DNA of 64,000 nt from Candidatus Enterousia sp. (GCA_045606425.1 JAZURV010000002.1:22706-86705); one strand, 5' to 3'. Shown: positions 51,476 to 60,691, counted from the stretch's first letter. The notes: generated by a model not told the origin, from the letters alone. Program-made: numbers and translations.

Positions 51476-51994
51476 TTAAAACCTGGAATCTATCAAAGAA
51501 AAATTTCCGATATTTGGTTGATTTGAAGTTGTACTGTCTATAAATTTTGCAGATTGAAATTCTGATTCGTATAATGCCGTCATCATTCGAAATACAGACG
51601 CATCACCAATCAAGGGTATACAAAATTCTACTGCTAATTTGGTTGCCAATAATGTGGCAAAATAGCCAGGAAACGCATCTGGTTCTGTTTTTACAACCGC
51701 CAATATAGTTATTGTGTTTTCTGTGGATTTGATTTTATTCCCGATAATTTGCCCGTTGCATTTCAATATTCTTAAAACTTCGGTTGGTATTAAAAAATCA
51801 TCATCAGATGTTTTGTTTAAAACCAAAGTTTTGGTCGCAAAACGCCACGGGAAAGTTGATAATAATGTATCCAAAGTTGGTTCAAACAATGTTCGTGCCA
51901 ATTGCGCGCTGGCAGAATCTTCGCGCCACGATTGAATTGGTTTTTCGCCTAACTTTAACAATGCCATTGAACATATATCTATTTTTGTAAACAT
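51476..51994 (-). CDS. Tail tubular protein A (gp11-like adaptor)
   Basis: IDICSMALLKLGEKPIQS...PWRFA. Confidence 0.75.
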   Translation of the reverse strand: MFTKIDICSMALLKLGEKPIQSWREDSASAQLARTLFEPTLDTLLSTFPWRFATKTLVLNKTSDDDFLIPTEVLRILKCNGQIIGNKIKSTENTITILAVVKTEPDAFPGYFATLLATKLAVEFCIPLIGDASVFRMMTALYESEFQSAKFIDSTTSNQPNIGNFSLIDSRF

Positions 51995-52063
51995 ATTCGC
52001 ACCTTGTATTAAAAAATTGGGGGATAAAACATTCCCCCAATTTACAGTTCAAAGAAAAAATTA

Positions 52064-52294
52064 TTAAGATAAAGCACCGACTGTCACAACGCCTTCGGCA
52101 ACAGTGACAACCTTTATCGACGAACCGTTTGATCCGTTGATTAAAATGATGTCGCCTGTATTCATCAGATTTTTCAGGCTGGAAAAATATCCAGATGCTG
52201 TTATTGTTGCCAATGTCGCGTTTTCTTTATAGTGCCACAGTGTAAAGCCGTTTGCGTATGCAATTACAGATAAATTTTTATTTTGAAAAGCCAT
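52064..52294 (-). CDS. Small virion protein (capsid decoration?)
   Basis: LSVIAYANGFTLWHY...YF...GDIILIN; follows the capsid gene. Confidence 0.55.
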   Translation of the reverse strand: MAFQNKNLSVIAYANGFTLWHYKENATLATITASGYFSSLKNLMNTGDIILINGSNGSSIKVVTVAEGVVTVGALS

Positions 52295-52317
52295 TTTGTC
52301 TTCCTTTTTGTTATAAA

Positions 52318-53142
52318 TTATTCTGCATCGTCATCGCATTTGATACGAACGATACCTTCGCCGTCAATCAAAACTGCGCCCTGGGACATGCTGTTGCTGA
52401 TAAAGTGGGCTGCGCGTTCGCCGTGCCATGTGATATCTGTTTTGACTTCCTGACCACATGCGTGACCAATACTGGATGCATGATAGATAAAGCAATCACG
52501 GTCATCACTGCTAAGTGGCAAAGAATTACACAAAATCCAATTCACACCCAACCATTTACGCGATTCGCAACCATCAACCAATGGTGTTGCAGAACCAACA
52601 TAATCGGCAGAAACAAATTCATCCATTCCCAACAATTCGTTCCATTGGTGTACACCAACAACCGCAAATCTGCGACCATCATCTGGCACATCGTTCGCGT
52701 TCAATTTTTCCAACGCAGCCATAATCAAATCTTTGGTCAAACCAGTAGAATAATCGCCAACATATTGTGTCGCGCTGGTCATCGCGTTGATAATCAGTTC
52801 ATCTGTTTTGCGACCCAACGCATATGCACCGGCAGACGCAACCACACGACGTTCATCAACATTTGTTTTTAATTCATCCAACGAATCAACCCAATCACCG
52901 GCATAGTAATCTTGCAATACACATTCAACCGGGGTGTGATTCAAATTCATCACAGGAACAATCCCATGACGCGATTTTGTGCTGGCGATACCTTTGCCAA
53001 CTTTCTGGAAAGTAGTAGATGCCCCAACAACCCCAGATTTACTGCGAATTGTGGAACGTAATTTTGTGCCCATTTGCTGATAAGCCAAATGAACATCTGC
53101 TTCAAATTGTTTTACAAACACTTGATCTACAGACATAGACAT
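52318..53142 (-). CDS. Major capsid protein (podovirus type)
   Basis: FVKQFEADVHLAYQQMGTKLR, AYALGRKTDELII, DVPDDGRRF. Confidence 0.85.
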   Translation of the reverse strand: MSMSVDQVFVKQFEADVHLAYQQMGTKLRSTIRSKSGVVGASTTFQKVGKGIASTKSRHGIVPVMNLNHTPVECVLQDYYAGDWVDSLDELKTNVDERRVVASAGAYALGRKTDELIINAMTSATQYVGDYSTGLTKDLIMAALEKLNANDVPDDGRRFAVVGVHQWNELLGMDEFVSADYVGSATPLVDGCESRKWLGVNWILCNSLPLSSDDRDCFIYHASSIGHACGQEVKTDITWHGERAAHFISNSMSQGAVLIDGEGIVRIKCDDDAE

Positions 53143-53376
53143 AATAAATCCTTTTTGTTTAAATTAAATGACGCTTTCGCGCTATTTGAAAAAAATTTTG
53201 TTAGATGGTTATGCGAAATATTCGCGCCATAAAAACAAAAACACACAAAAAAGGGTCCAATAAATGGATTATCCAATAAAAAATTCAGTCAGACTTTTAT
53301 TCATCTGGCTGAAAAATTTATCATAAAAAAATCCCCAAAACAAGCGCCTTGGGGATTTTTAAAAACTTTGCAAAAA

Positions 53377-53634
53377 TTATTTTTTCTTAACTACTTTTTT
53401 AGCAGCTGGTTTTTTTGCAGGTGCTTTTTTTGCAACTGGTTTTTTAGCAGCTGGTTTTTTTGCAACTACTTTTTTTGCAACTGGTTTTTTAACTGCAACT
53501 TTTTTTGCAGGTGCTTTTTTTGCAGCTGGTTTTGCAGCTGGTTTTTTTGCTGCTACTTTTTTTGCAGGTGCTTTTTTTGCAGCTGGTTTAGCAGCTGGTT
53601 TTGCGCATGCACATTTTTTCTTTAAACCGAACAT
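53377..53634 (-). CDS. Histone H1-like Lys/Ala/Pro-rich basic protein
   Basis: AKKPA/AKKVA/AKKAP pentapeptide repeats; AGGAG RBS; hairpin at 53325-53360. Confidence 0.75.
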   Translation of the reverse strand: MFGLKKKCACAKPAAKPAAKKAPAKKVAAKKPAAKPAAKKAPAKKVAVKKPVAKKVVAKKPAAKKPVAKKAPAKKPAAKKVVKKK

Positions 53635-53731
53635 GTTTCTCTCCTTATTAAAGTTTTGGACAGAACAAAATTATTTTGTTCTTGTTTTATATTTTATATG
53701 AATTGAAATAAATAGTAAAGAACAAAATGAT

Positions 53732-54388
53732 TTATGAATACAATTTTTTAAAACCATTTTCAATTTTACGAACATATTCAGGATCATGATCACGCCAATA
53801 TTTTGGATCACGCATCATATTACGCAACATATCATCAGATAAATTTTCTGTGACATTTTTATCGGTTAAAACATTCGGTTCCAGTGATTGCATCATCTTG
53901 TACATGCCTTGAATTCCCTGGGGTGTGGCACACAGTTCTTCGAATGCAGATTGTGGTAAATACTTTTCACCAAACGCATTTATTTCGCGTAATGCTTCGT
54001 TCATTTTTTCTGTGGAACCAAAAAAATTTTTTAATTCATTTATTGCGTTTGATTGGTTTTGTAATTCAAATAAATTTTTTAATGTTGGTTGTAAAAATTC
54101 TTCTGCGATGGAATAAATTTGTTCAACCTGTTTTGATGTTAAACCAATTTCATGAAATTTATTGCGGACCGATTCGTCATCAAACAAATCATTTGTTGGA
54201 TATTCAGATGCACTGTCAGGTACACCTATGGCGTGATTAAATTTTTGTTTTGTATTTTCGTCACTTTCATCATTTGGCACTGATATCATATTGCCCATCT
54301 TTTTTTCCAGTTCACAATATGACTTTACCAATGCAGATGTATTTAATTCGCCGTTTTCATCAAGAAATTTTTCTGGAACTTTTTCCAT
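53732..54388 (-). CDS. Capsid scaffolding protein
   Basis: VPEKF...LVKSYCELEKKMG...MMRDPKYW...VRKI; upstream of the capsid gene. Confidence 0.7.
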   Translation of the reverse strand: MEKVPEKFLDENGELNTSALVKSYCELEKKMGNMISVPNDESDENTKQKFNHAIGVPDSASEYPTNDLFDDESVRNKFHEIGLTSKQVEQIYSIAEEFLQPTLKNLFELQNQSNAINELKNFFGSTEKMNEALREINAFGEKYLPQSAFEELCATPQGIQGMYKMMQSLEPNVLTDKNVTENLSDDMLRNMMRDPKYWRDHDPEYVRKIENGFKKLYS

Positions 54389-54578
54389 TGTTTTTTCCTT
54401 TGGTTGTTGATTCTTGTTTAAGAAAGTAAATACCTGATAAAGTGAATATTGTTTGCATCATGGTAAATATATCTTCGTCCCCAATAAGATATGCACCAAT
54501 TGCAGACACAATACCAACAGTGGACACGACATATGTTTTTTTATCTTGTAAATATCCACCTTTTATTATTTTATTCAT
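54360..54578 (-). CDS. Holin-like small membrane protein
   Basis: KKTYVV plus 2 TMs and a basic C-terminus; follows the cell-wall hydrolase. Confidence 0.5.
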   Translation of the reverse strand: MNKIIKGGYLQDKKTYVVSTVGIVSAIGAYLIGDEDIFTMMQTIFTLSGIYFLKQESTTKGKNNGKSSRKIS

Positions 54579-54594
54579 TATGAAAATCCTTTAG

Positions 54595-55005
54595 TTAAAG
54601 ATAGAACAAAATATCTTCGCATTCTGAAATATATCCACGCGACATCGCCCAATCTGGGATAACATTCGCGTGATGAAATTTTGTAGCCCCAAAAACAGAA
54701 TCATCCAAATTACCGCGCATCATGGTTTTTACGATTCGCAAACACATCTGAAATTTTTTATTGTTCGCGTCCACTTTCAGATTTTGATGACGCGGCGATT
54801 CTTTATTTAAACATTCAAATAAATTCACATCGTTTGAAATCGATTCAAATGATTTACCCAATTTGATGTGAATATTATAAATCATGGACGCCATCGCTTC
54901 GACCAGTTTTAAAGTTTCCGCATTTGTTTCTGCAAATATTATACGCGCCAATTTATATGATACGATTTGTGTATCATCGTTATTAGTTATCAGTGTTAGT
55001 TGCAT
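54595..55005 (-). CDS. Cell wall hydrolase (SleB/Hydrolase_2-like)
   Basis: LARIIFAE, FECLN, GATKFH...PDWA...FY. Confidence 0.7.
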   Translation of the reverse strand: MQLTLITNNDDTQIVSYKLARIIFAETNAETLKLVEAMASMIYNIHIKLGKSFESISNDVNLFECLNKESPRHQNLKVDANNKKFQMCLRIVKTMMRGNLDDSVFGATKFHHANVIPDWAMSRGYISECEDILFYL

Positions 55006-55156
55006 TTTGTGACCTGTTTTTTTGTTATAAAAAAAAGCCCACACATAAAATGTGTGGGTAAAAATTCAGAATAAAAAAACCGCACTTACTGCGGACATAA
55101 TTTCTATTCTTGATGTTCCATATAATATCACAAATTGACATAAAAGTCAAGCACAT

Positions 55157-55843
55157 TTAGATACTGATTTCGTCACCGTATGTTAAAATATATCGCGTAT
55201 CGCGACGCAGTACCAATGCACCATCTTCGTTTATCCCCAGTAATTCAGCGGGTTTGCCCTGGTATTTAACTGTTTTATTTATACACATCGCCAATTCCAT
55301 CCAGCGTTCACGAACTGCTGAAAAATCAGCATTACGCCATTTATCCAATTTTTTTATCAACACAGACAGGATTTGTTCAACACCCGCATCTGCATAATCA
55401 CAGACCCTGGTTGTTTTGTATTCTTTGACCGTCGGACAGGTTTTTACATTTATCCCAATTCCAATAATGACAAAGTTACGCGCATATTCAATTAAAACAC
55501 CAGATATCTTTTTATTGTCCACCAAAATATCATTGGGCCATTTTATCCGGGGATTTAAACCGAATGAAATCAAAGTTTCTGCAATCGCCACAGCCACAGC
55601 ATATGAAAGTCGCGGATTGCGTTCCAATGTTTTATAAATAAATGACGCATACAAATTTCCATGATGCGAAACCCATGTTCGACGATAACGGCCACGCCCT
55701 GCACTTTGCGCCATCGCAACAACCAATGTTTTGTTTGTTGCATTTCCATTTGCGATTAAATCGTGCGCATAATCTTGGGTAGATGGGATTTTATCAAAAG
55801 ACATCAGTTTATATGCGTCCAATCCTGTATCCCCCGTTTTCAT
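55157..55843 (-). CDS. birA: Biotin-protein ligase
   Basis: STQD, QSAGRGR, KWPND, KISGVLIE, GIGIN. Confidence 0.9.
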   Translation of the reverse strand: MKTGDTGLDAYKLMSFDKIPSTQDYAHDLIANGNATNKTLVVAMAQSAGRGRYRRTWVSHHGNLYASFIYKTLERNPRLSYAVAVAIAETLISFGLNPRIKWPNDILVDNKKISGVLIEYARNFVIIGIGINVKTCPTVKEYKTTRVCDYADAGVEQILSVLIKKLDKWRNADFSAVRERWMELAMCINKTVKYQGKPAELLGINEDGALVLRRDTRYILTYGDEISI

Positions 55844-56228
55844 TCAAAATAAAATTATGACCGAAAGTTTTTCGCAACTGATAGATAGCGTTTTCAACAC
55901 TGTGTGTTGTTGCATCTGGCGACAAACCAACGGCTGTTTTCAGATTGTGAATTTGTATATTTGGTTTTTTATAAAGCGCGACTATAATTTTTCTTTGCAA
56001 CAGTGGCAAATTCACATCACGACCAAAAATGTTTTGCAAAATATCGCTGTTATTGTATTGGTCCAAAATCAGTTGTTGCAAATCAGCAACCGATATGGGT
56101 GCATCTGGAGATATTTCGTCAAAAACAATATCTGCATTTTCTGGCGAATCGACCATACTGGCACCCAAATCTGTCAAAATGCGATTCCAGTATTTATCAG
56201 ATGCAAAAATCTTTATGTTTTCCATCAT
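55809..56228 (-). CDS. OmpR-type winged-helix protein with degenerate receiver domain
   Basis: THSVENAIYQLRK...GGYRI. Confidence 0.6.
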   Translation of the reverse strand: MMENIKIFASDKYWNRILTDLGASMVDSPENADIVFDEISPDAPISVADLQQLILDQYNNSDILQNIFGRDVNLPLLQRKIIVALYKKPNIQIHNLKTAVGLSPDATTHSVENAIYQLRKTFGHNFILNENGGYRIGRI

Positions 56229-56273
56229 GATGATACGATACCGAAATCCGTTGCCCCTTGCAAGATTTTATTA

Positions 56274-56519
56274 TCACAAAGTATGCGGTTCGTTTGACGG
56301 GATAAACTTTGTAAAATCTTCCAAGGACGCGCCTGTTGACGCTAATATTTTTGAAATACTGTTTGTTGATGGCCATCTGGGCTGGCCCTCTTTTGACCAT
56401 CTTTTGCTTCTGTTAAAGGTCGTCGGGTCCAGCCCGCTGCATTTTGCCAGGCCAGAACACGACATATTGTGTTCTGTTGCGAATTTTTCTATTGCGCGCC
56501 ATACATCTTCGTGTGTCAT
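56274..56519 (-). CDS. Alphaproteobacterial XRE/LexA-like repressor, HTH domain only
   Basis: HEDVWRAIE...SGLAKCSGLDPTTFNRSKR...PRWPSTNSISKIL; no S24 domain. Confidence 0.75.
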   Translation of the reverse strand: MTHEDVWRAIEKFATEHNMSCSGLAKCSGLDPTTFNRSKRWSKEGQPRWPSTNSISKILASTGASLEDFTKFIPSNEPHTL

Positions 56520-56689
56520 TGTTTTCCTCCTGTCATATATTTAGTTTCCCAATCCATTTTCTAATTATACTTGAACAGAAGAATAAATTCAACCCACAAA
56601 AACCTGCATATATTCCCAAACAAAAAATAATTTAAAAAAAATTTGACAAAATACTTGACAAATCGTTTTTTGTGTATTATATTCGATTC

Positions 56690-56865
56690 GTCAAAGGATA
56701 AATAATCGTTTGACTATATCGGGCCCAGGGTTTTCAGACTCCCTCCTACATTCTCTCTCCTCTGGACTTTGGGCCCAAACGACAGTTTAGGATGCCCGTT
56801 TCTTTTTCTCCTTTCCTTCCTTTCAGGGCATCCGGAAAAGCACCGCCCCACGGCGGTGTTTTTTT
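56690..56865 (+). ncRNA. Putative sRNA with CU-rich (anti-SD) loops, cuckoo-like
   Basis: TTGACA-17-TATATT promoter, three hairpins and an intrinsic terminator. Confidence 0.6.
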
Positions 56866-56878
56866 AGTATCTATAAAA

Positions 56879-57826
56879 TTATTTTTCAAAAACGCTGAAA
56901 ATTTCCCAATGTGCTGCACCAACAAACTGGTCCACAGGAATGGCGGTTATCATTTTATATCCGCCCTGTTCCAGAATCCGCGCATCCCGGATAAAAGTAT
57001 TCGGATTACACGAAACATAAACAATGCGCTTTACATTTGATTTCGCCAATTCGCGACTTTGTTTTTCTGCGCCGGCGCGTGGTGGGTCCATTATTACGAC
57101 ATCATATTGGTTCAAATTCGACACAGTCAAAGGTTTTTTGAATAAATCGCGCGTTATGCCATTACCAACAATGTCAAAACCTGTCGCATTTGTTGCAAAA
57201 GTAAAATTGCCCAGCCCACAAAATAAATCTGCTACTTTTTTTGCACCCCCAACATATTTCACGACCAAATCACGCAGAATTTGTTCTGTTTCAATGGTAG
57301 GTTGCAAAAACGCACCAATTGGGTATTTCACGATTTTATCATTAAACTTTATTTCGGGTTCGGCATATTTGCGCACAATCGAATCGTTCCACGCGAATCT
57401 GATTATTTGTGGTGGCAATTTAGCAACTGCATTTTTAAGTTCATTACCAAAATACGGAACATCACTTTTTACGCAAACATCTATCCCATTTTCGCATTTT
57501 GTAATCAAGACACCACCTGCCCCGCGCCACGGCAGTTTTGCGATATCTGGCAAAACGATATTTATTTCATGCGCAACATTTTGGCACATATTTATATCAA
57601 CAATATCTTTTGATTGCGATTTAAAAAAACCAAAATGTCCATCAACGAACGCGAAATCTGCGCGTCTGCGTTTTGGCGAATCGCCCCAGATTGCTTCGTG
57701 TGTATAATTCAATCGTGGCAGTTTTTTCAATTTTTCATTTCTGTAATTTTCAGACATAAAATCGAACTGACAACCGCCACAAATTCCAAAGAAAGGACAT
57801 TTTTTTGTATTCATGTTTGATATCAT
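56879..57826 (-). CDS. RNA m5U methyltransferase (RlmD/TrmA family)
   Basis: CPFFGICGGC, FLQ, DLFCGLG, MDPPRAG, YVSCNP, DQF...HWE. Confidence 0.85.
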   Translation of the reverse strand: MISNMNTKKCPFFGICGGCQFDFMSENYRNEKLKKLPRLNYTHEAIWGDSPKRRRADFAFVDGHFGFFKSQSKDIVDINMCQNVAHEINIVLPDIAKLPWRGAGGVLITKCENGIDVCVKSDVPYFGNELKNAVAKLPPQIIRFAWNDSIVRKYAEPEIKFNDKIVKYPIGAFLQPTIETEQILRDLVVKYVGGAKKVADLFCGLGNFTFATNATGFDIVGNGITRDLFKKPLTVSNLNQYDVVIMDPPRAGAEKQSRELAKSNVKRIVYVSCNPNTFIRDARILEQGGYKMITAIPVDQFVGAAHWEIFSVFEK

Positions 57827-57876
57827 AATATAAATTCTGCCTTGATTCCAGTACGATTTAACACTATCATTATGCT

Positions 57877-58695
57877 ATGATGAAAAAAGCAGATAAAAAA
57901 GTTGCACTTTTTGCCGGCGCATTATCATTACCGTTTTTGACGCGCGATGCGTTGAAAAAAAACGGGTGGGATGTGTATGTTGTGGGACTTAAAAACTTTT
58001 ATGACCCGGCATTGAACCCTGATTTAGTAATACGGTTGGGGAACGGTGGACGCGCAGCACGCGAATGCAAAAAACGCGGTATACACAAACTGGTTTTTGT
58101 GGGTGCGTTGGGTCACATAAATTTATCTGACATTCGGCCAGATTTATGGTCGATATCTGTGCTTTTAAGTGTATTAAAACATCAACGGGGGTATGATTCG
58201 ATGGCTGTTGCGTTTAACAAAGCGTTGGAAAAACGCGGATATGAAATTGTCGCTGCCCAGGATTTGGCGCCAGAATTGACTTTTGAAAAAACCGGCATTC
58301 AAACAAAAACCAAACCGTCTAAATCTGATGAATCCGACATCAAACGCGCGATTCAGGTTTCGCACACCATCGGTGTCGAAGACATTGGTGCGTCTGTGGT
58401 TGTGGATAAACAGGTCGTCGCAGTCGAAGCCGCCGAAGGCACCGCCCGCATGTTGGAACGTGTTGTTGAAATGCGCAAAAATCGTCGCAAAACTGGCGGT
58501 GTGTTTGCCAAGATGACAAAACCAGGTCAAGATTTACGAATAGATATACCTGCGATTGGCGTTGATACAGTGCGCGCAGTTGCCGCGGCAAAATTACACG
58601 GAATTATAGTAAACGCAAAAACATGTTTCGTTATCGACAAAGATGCAGTTATTGCCGCCGCGAATAAAGCAAAAATATTTATCAAAGCAATTTAA
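57877..58695 (+). CDS. lpxI: UDP-2,3-diacylglucosamine hydrolase LpxI
   Basis: AGALSLP, DIGASVVV, AVEAAEGT, KPGQDLRIDIPAIG. Confidence 0.85.
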   Translation: MMKKADKKVALFAGALSLPFLTRDALKKNGWDVYVVGLKNFYDPALNPDLVIRLGNGGRAARECKKRGIHKLVFVGALGHINLSDIRPDLWSISVLLSVLKHQRGYDSMAVAFNKALEKRGYEIVAAQDLAPELTFEKTGIQTKTKPSKSDESDIKRAIQVSHTIGVEDIGASVVVDKQVVAVEAAEGTARMLERVVEMRKNRRKTGGVFAKMTKPGQDLRIDIPAIGVDTVRAVAAAKLHGIIVNAKTCFVIDKDAVIAAANKAKIFIKAI

Positions 58696-58721
58696 AAAAA
58701 CCGCCGTTTGGCGGTTTTTTT
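58694..58721. terminator. Bidirectional intrinsic terminator
   Basis: AAAAAAACCGCC-GTTT-GGCGGTTTTTTT. Confidence 0.85.
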
Positions 58722-58737
58722 ATTTTATTAAATTCTG

Positions 58738-59049
58738 TTATTTAATATCTTTAATTGTCACTTTGAACACAACATCTTTGCCTGCCAATTCAGGAACATA
58801 TTGTTCAGGGAATGTTATATTGACATCGCGTGTTTCGCCAACTTTTGCACCAACCAATTGTTCTTCAAATCCTGGCACAAATTGACCACTGCCCAATTTC
58901 AGTGGATAATTTTCTGCGGTTCCGCCGGCGAATTGTTCTGTTCCCAAAAATCCAGCGAAATCGATAATGACAGTATCACCGTTTTTCGCAGTTTTTTCGC
59001 ACGCGCCCAGGCACGCACACATTGCCAAGATACCAACAAATTTTTTCAT
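58738..59049 (-). CDS. Lipoprotein with trigger-factor-type FKBP PPIase domain
   Basis: LGAC lipobox, then GDTVIIDFAG...LGSGQFVPGFEEQLVG...TFPEQY..LAGK. Confidence 0.8.
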   Translation of the reverse strand: MKKFVGILAMCACLGACEKTAKNGDTVIIDFAGFLGTEQFAGGTAENYPLKLGSGQFVPGFEEQLVGAKVGETRDVNITFPEQYVPELAGKDVVFKVTIKDIK

Positions 59050-59075
59050 ATTTTTTTCCTTTTGTTTATGGTTGA

Positions 59076-59615
59076 TTATTTGTTATAAACGCATCTGAAA
59101 CCGTATTCGCGCATAGTTTCGCCTTCGGCTTCGACCCTGTAATCAAAGAAAGATGTTGGACGCATGACTTCGAACGAAGGTTTATCATACACGATGACAA
59201 TGCTTTCTGCGTTACGGCCACAGACTTTCTTCATTTCATAATCTGCAACATTTGCCAAAACCGTACGCGCATCTGCGTCAATATCTGCACCATCGGCGTT
59301 TTGCATCAAACGCAGGCGCATTTCACGAACCGCACTGTTCCCCAACAAAATTTCTACACGAACCATTGTTCCCTTATATTCCTGCCATCTGGTTTCTTTG
59401 CGTGCAGTATTCCATCGCGCATCGGCGGCTTCGCGTTCTTTCATTGTACGGGGTTCATACGAATCGATTTGTGCGAATTCGTTTTTATCACTGATATACT
59501 GGGCAGTGCGTTCATCATAATATTCGCCGTCTGTCCCAGAATATATGCCATTGTCAGAATTACATGCAGCAACTGTCAGTGCCAGCCCCAGAACAAAAAA
59601 TATAGATTTTTTCAT
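59076..59615 (-). CDS. Lipoprotein, hypothetical
   Basis: VAAC lipobox. Confidence 0.65.
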   Translation of the reverse strand: MKKSIFFVLGLALTVAACNSDNGIYSGTDGEYYDERTAQYISDKNEFAQIDSYEPRTMKEREAADARWNTARKETRWQEYKGTMVRVEILLGNSAVREMRLRLMQNADGADIDADARTVLANVADYEMKKVCGRNAESIVIVYDKPSFEVMRPTSFFDYRVEAEGETMREYGFRCVYNK

Positions 59616-59696
59616 TTTTTCTCTCTTGGTTAGTTTTTTTTATTTTAACAAATAAACCATTTTGATTCAAGTGACGATTTATGATAAAATAGAATT

Positions 59697-60656
59697 ATGT
59701 CAAATGTAGTTTTAGAATCTTTGTTAAAACCGCTGGAAGAATTTTATCGTCCTGATTTTGTCGAAGAAATCGCGATAAATCATGCCGGCGAAGTATGGAT
59801 GCGCCTGAACGGGGGCCGCGTTCCATGGGTATCGTACAATGCCGATGTTTTATCAAAACAGTACCTGGTTGATTTAATTCATACGGTTGCAAACATATAC
59901 GAACGGCCATTTGACCCGGTGCATGGGATACCTGTTGTTTATGCGACATTACCGGGGAACCATCGTTTTTCTGCAATTGCGGGTCCAAATGTACAATACG
60001 ACGAACGCGATGTAACCGGGGGCGTTGCATTAAACATACGCGGCAGTGGCGTATCAGAAACCAGTTTTGAAAATTACCACCTTAAACGCGGACAAAAATT
60101 ATTGAAAGTAAAACCGCGCGAAAATGTTCGCCCAGACGACCCGTACGAACGGTTGATGTCTGCGATAAACGACGGCAGCCCGATTTTGATATCTGGGGCA
60201 ACATCAACGGGTAAGACAACATTCCTGAATCACATGTTGACACTGATTGACCAAAACAGTCGTGTTATCACTGTCGAAGATGCACGCGAAATCCGTGTTC
60301 CGCAAAAAAACCGGGTTCATTTTGTATTATCGCGTACCGAACAAACAAACGATTTTAACTATGCACGATTACTGGATTTGGTTGTGCGTATGACACCTGA
60401 TGTTATTATTGGTGGTGAAATATCCACAGATAACGCGGCGGTATTATGGGAAATGTTGGGCACAGGGCACGACCATTTTTATACAACGATTCACGCAGAA
60501 AGTGCCGAAGCAGCCTATGCCGCATTTGCAGACCGCATTTTACACACACAACCTGCATATAACAGAACAGATTTAATTGCTGAAATGAAAAAGAAAATTC
60601 GTGTCGTGCAATTGTCGCGCGACGGGACACTGCGCGCCGTGACAGAGGTTGTATAA
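59697..60656 (+). CDS. virB11: VirB11-type secretion ATPase
   Basis: Plus-strand ATG TCA AAT GTA at 59697 (the ORF track strand label is wrong). EIAIN, SGATSTGKTT, TVEDARE, RMTPDVIIGGE, TTIHA. Confidence 0.85.
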   Translation: MSNVVLESLLKPLEEFYRPDFVEEIAINHAGEVWMRLNGGRVPWVSYNADVLSKQYLVDLIHTVANIYERPFDPVHGIPVVYATLPGNHRFSAIAGPNVQYDERDVTGGVALNIRGSGVSETSFENYHLKRGQKLLKVKPRENVRPDDPYERLMSAINDGSPILISGATSTGKTTFLNHMLTLIDQNSRVITVEDAREIRVPQKNRVHFVLSRTEQTNDFNYARLLDLVVRMTPDVIIGGEISTDNAAVLWEMLGTGHDHFYTTIHAESAEAAYAAFADRILHTQPAYNRTDLIAEMKKKIRVVQLSRDGTLRAVTEVV

Positions 60657-60691
60657 TTTTTACAAAAACTAACTAACAAAAAGGGAAAAAC

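Larger units (their letters stand above)
42360..55005 (-). other. Domesticated podovirus-like structural gene cluster (candidate GTA)
   Basis: Hydrolase, holin-like, scaffold, capsid, tail tubes A/B, fibre, split TerL and portal. No integrase, att or phage polymerase; interleaved with host genes. Confidence 0.7.

Noticed and set aside
53368-53625. Phe/Cys-rich plus-strand ORF
   Set aside because: Antisense shadow of the Lys/Ala-rich histone-like gene.
42360-55005. Intact inducible prophage
   Set aside because: No integrase, att sites or replication module; host dnaB is embedded in it and birA/yraN flank it. A decaying prophage is not fully excluded without comparative data.
59697-60656. Minus-strand label for the VirB11 ORF in the supplied track
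   Set aside because: The listed protein MSNVVLES reads from ATG at 59697 on the plus strand, so it is annotated as +.
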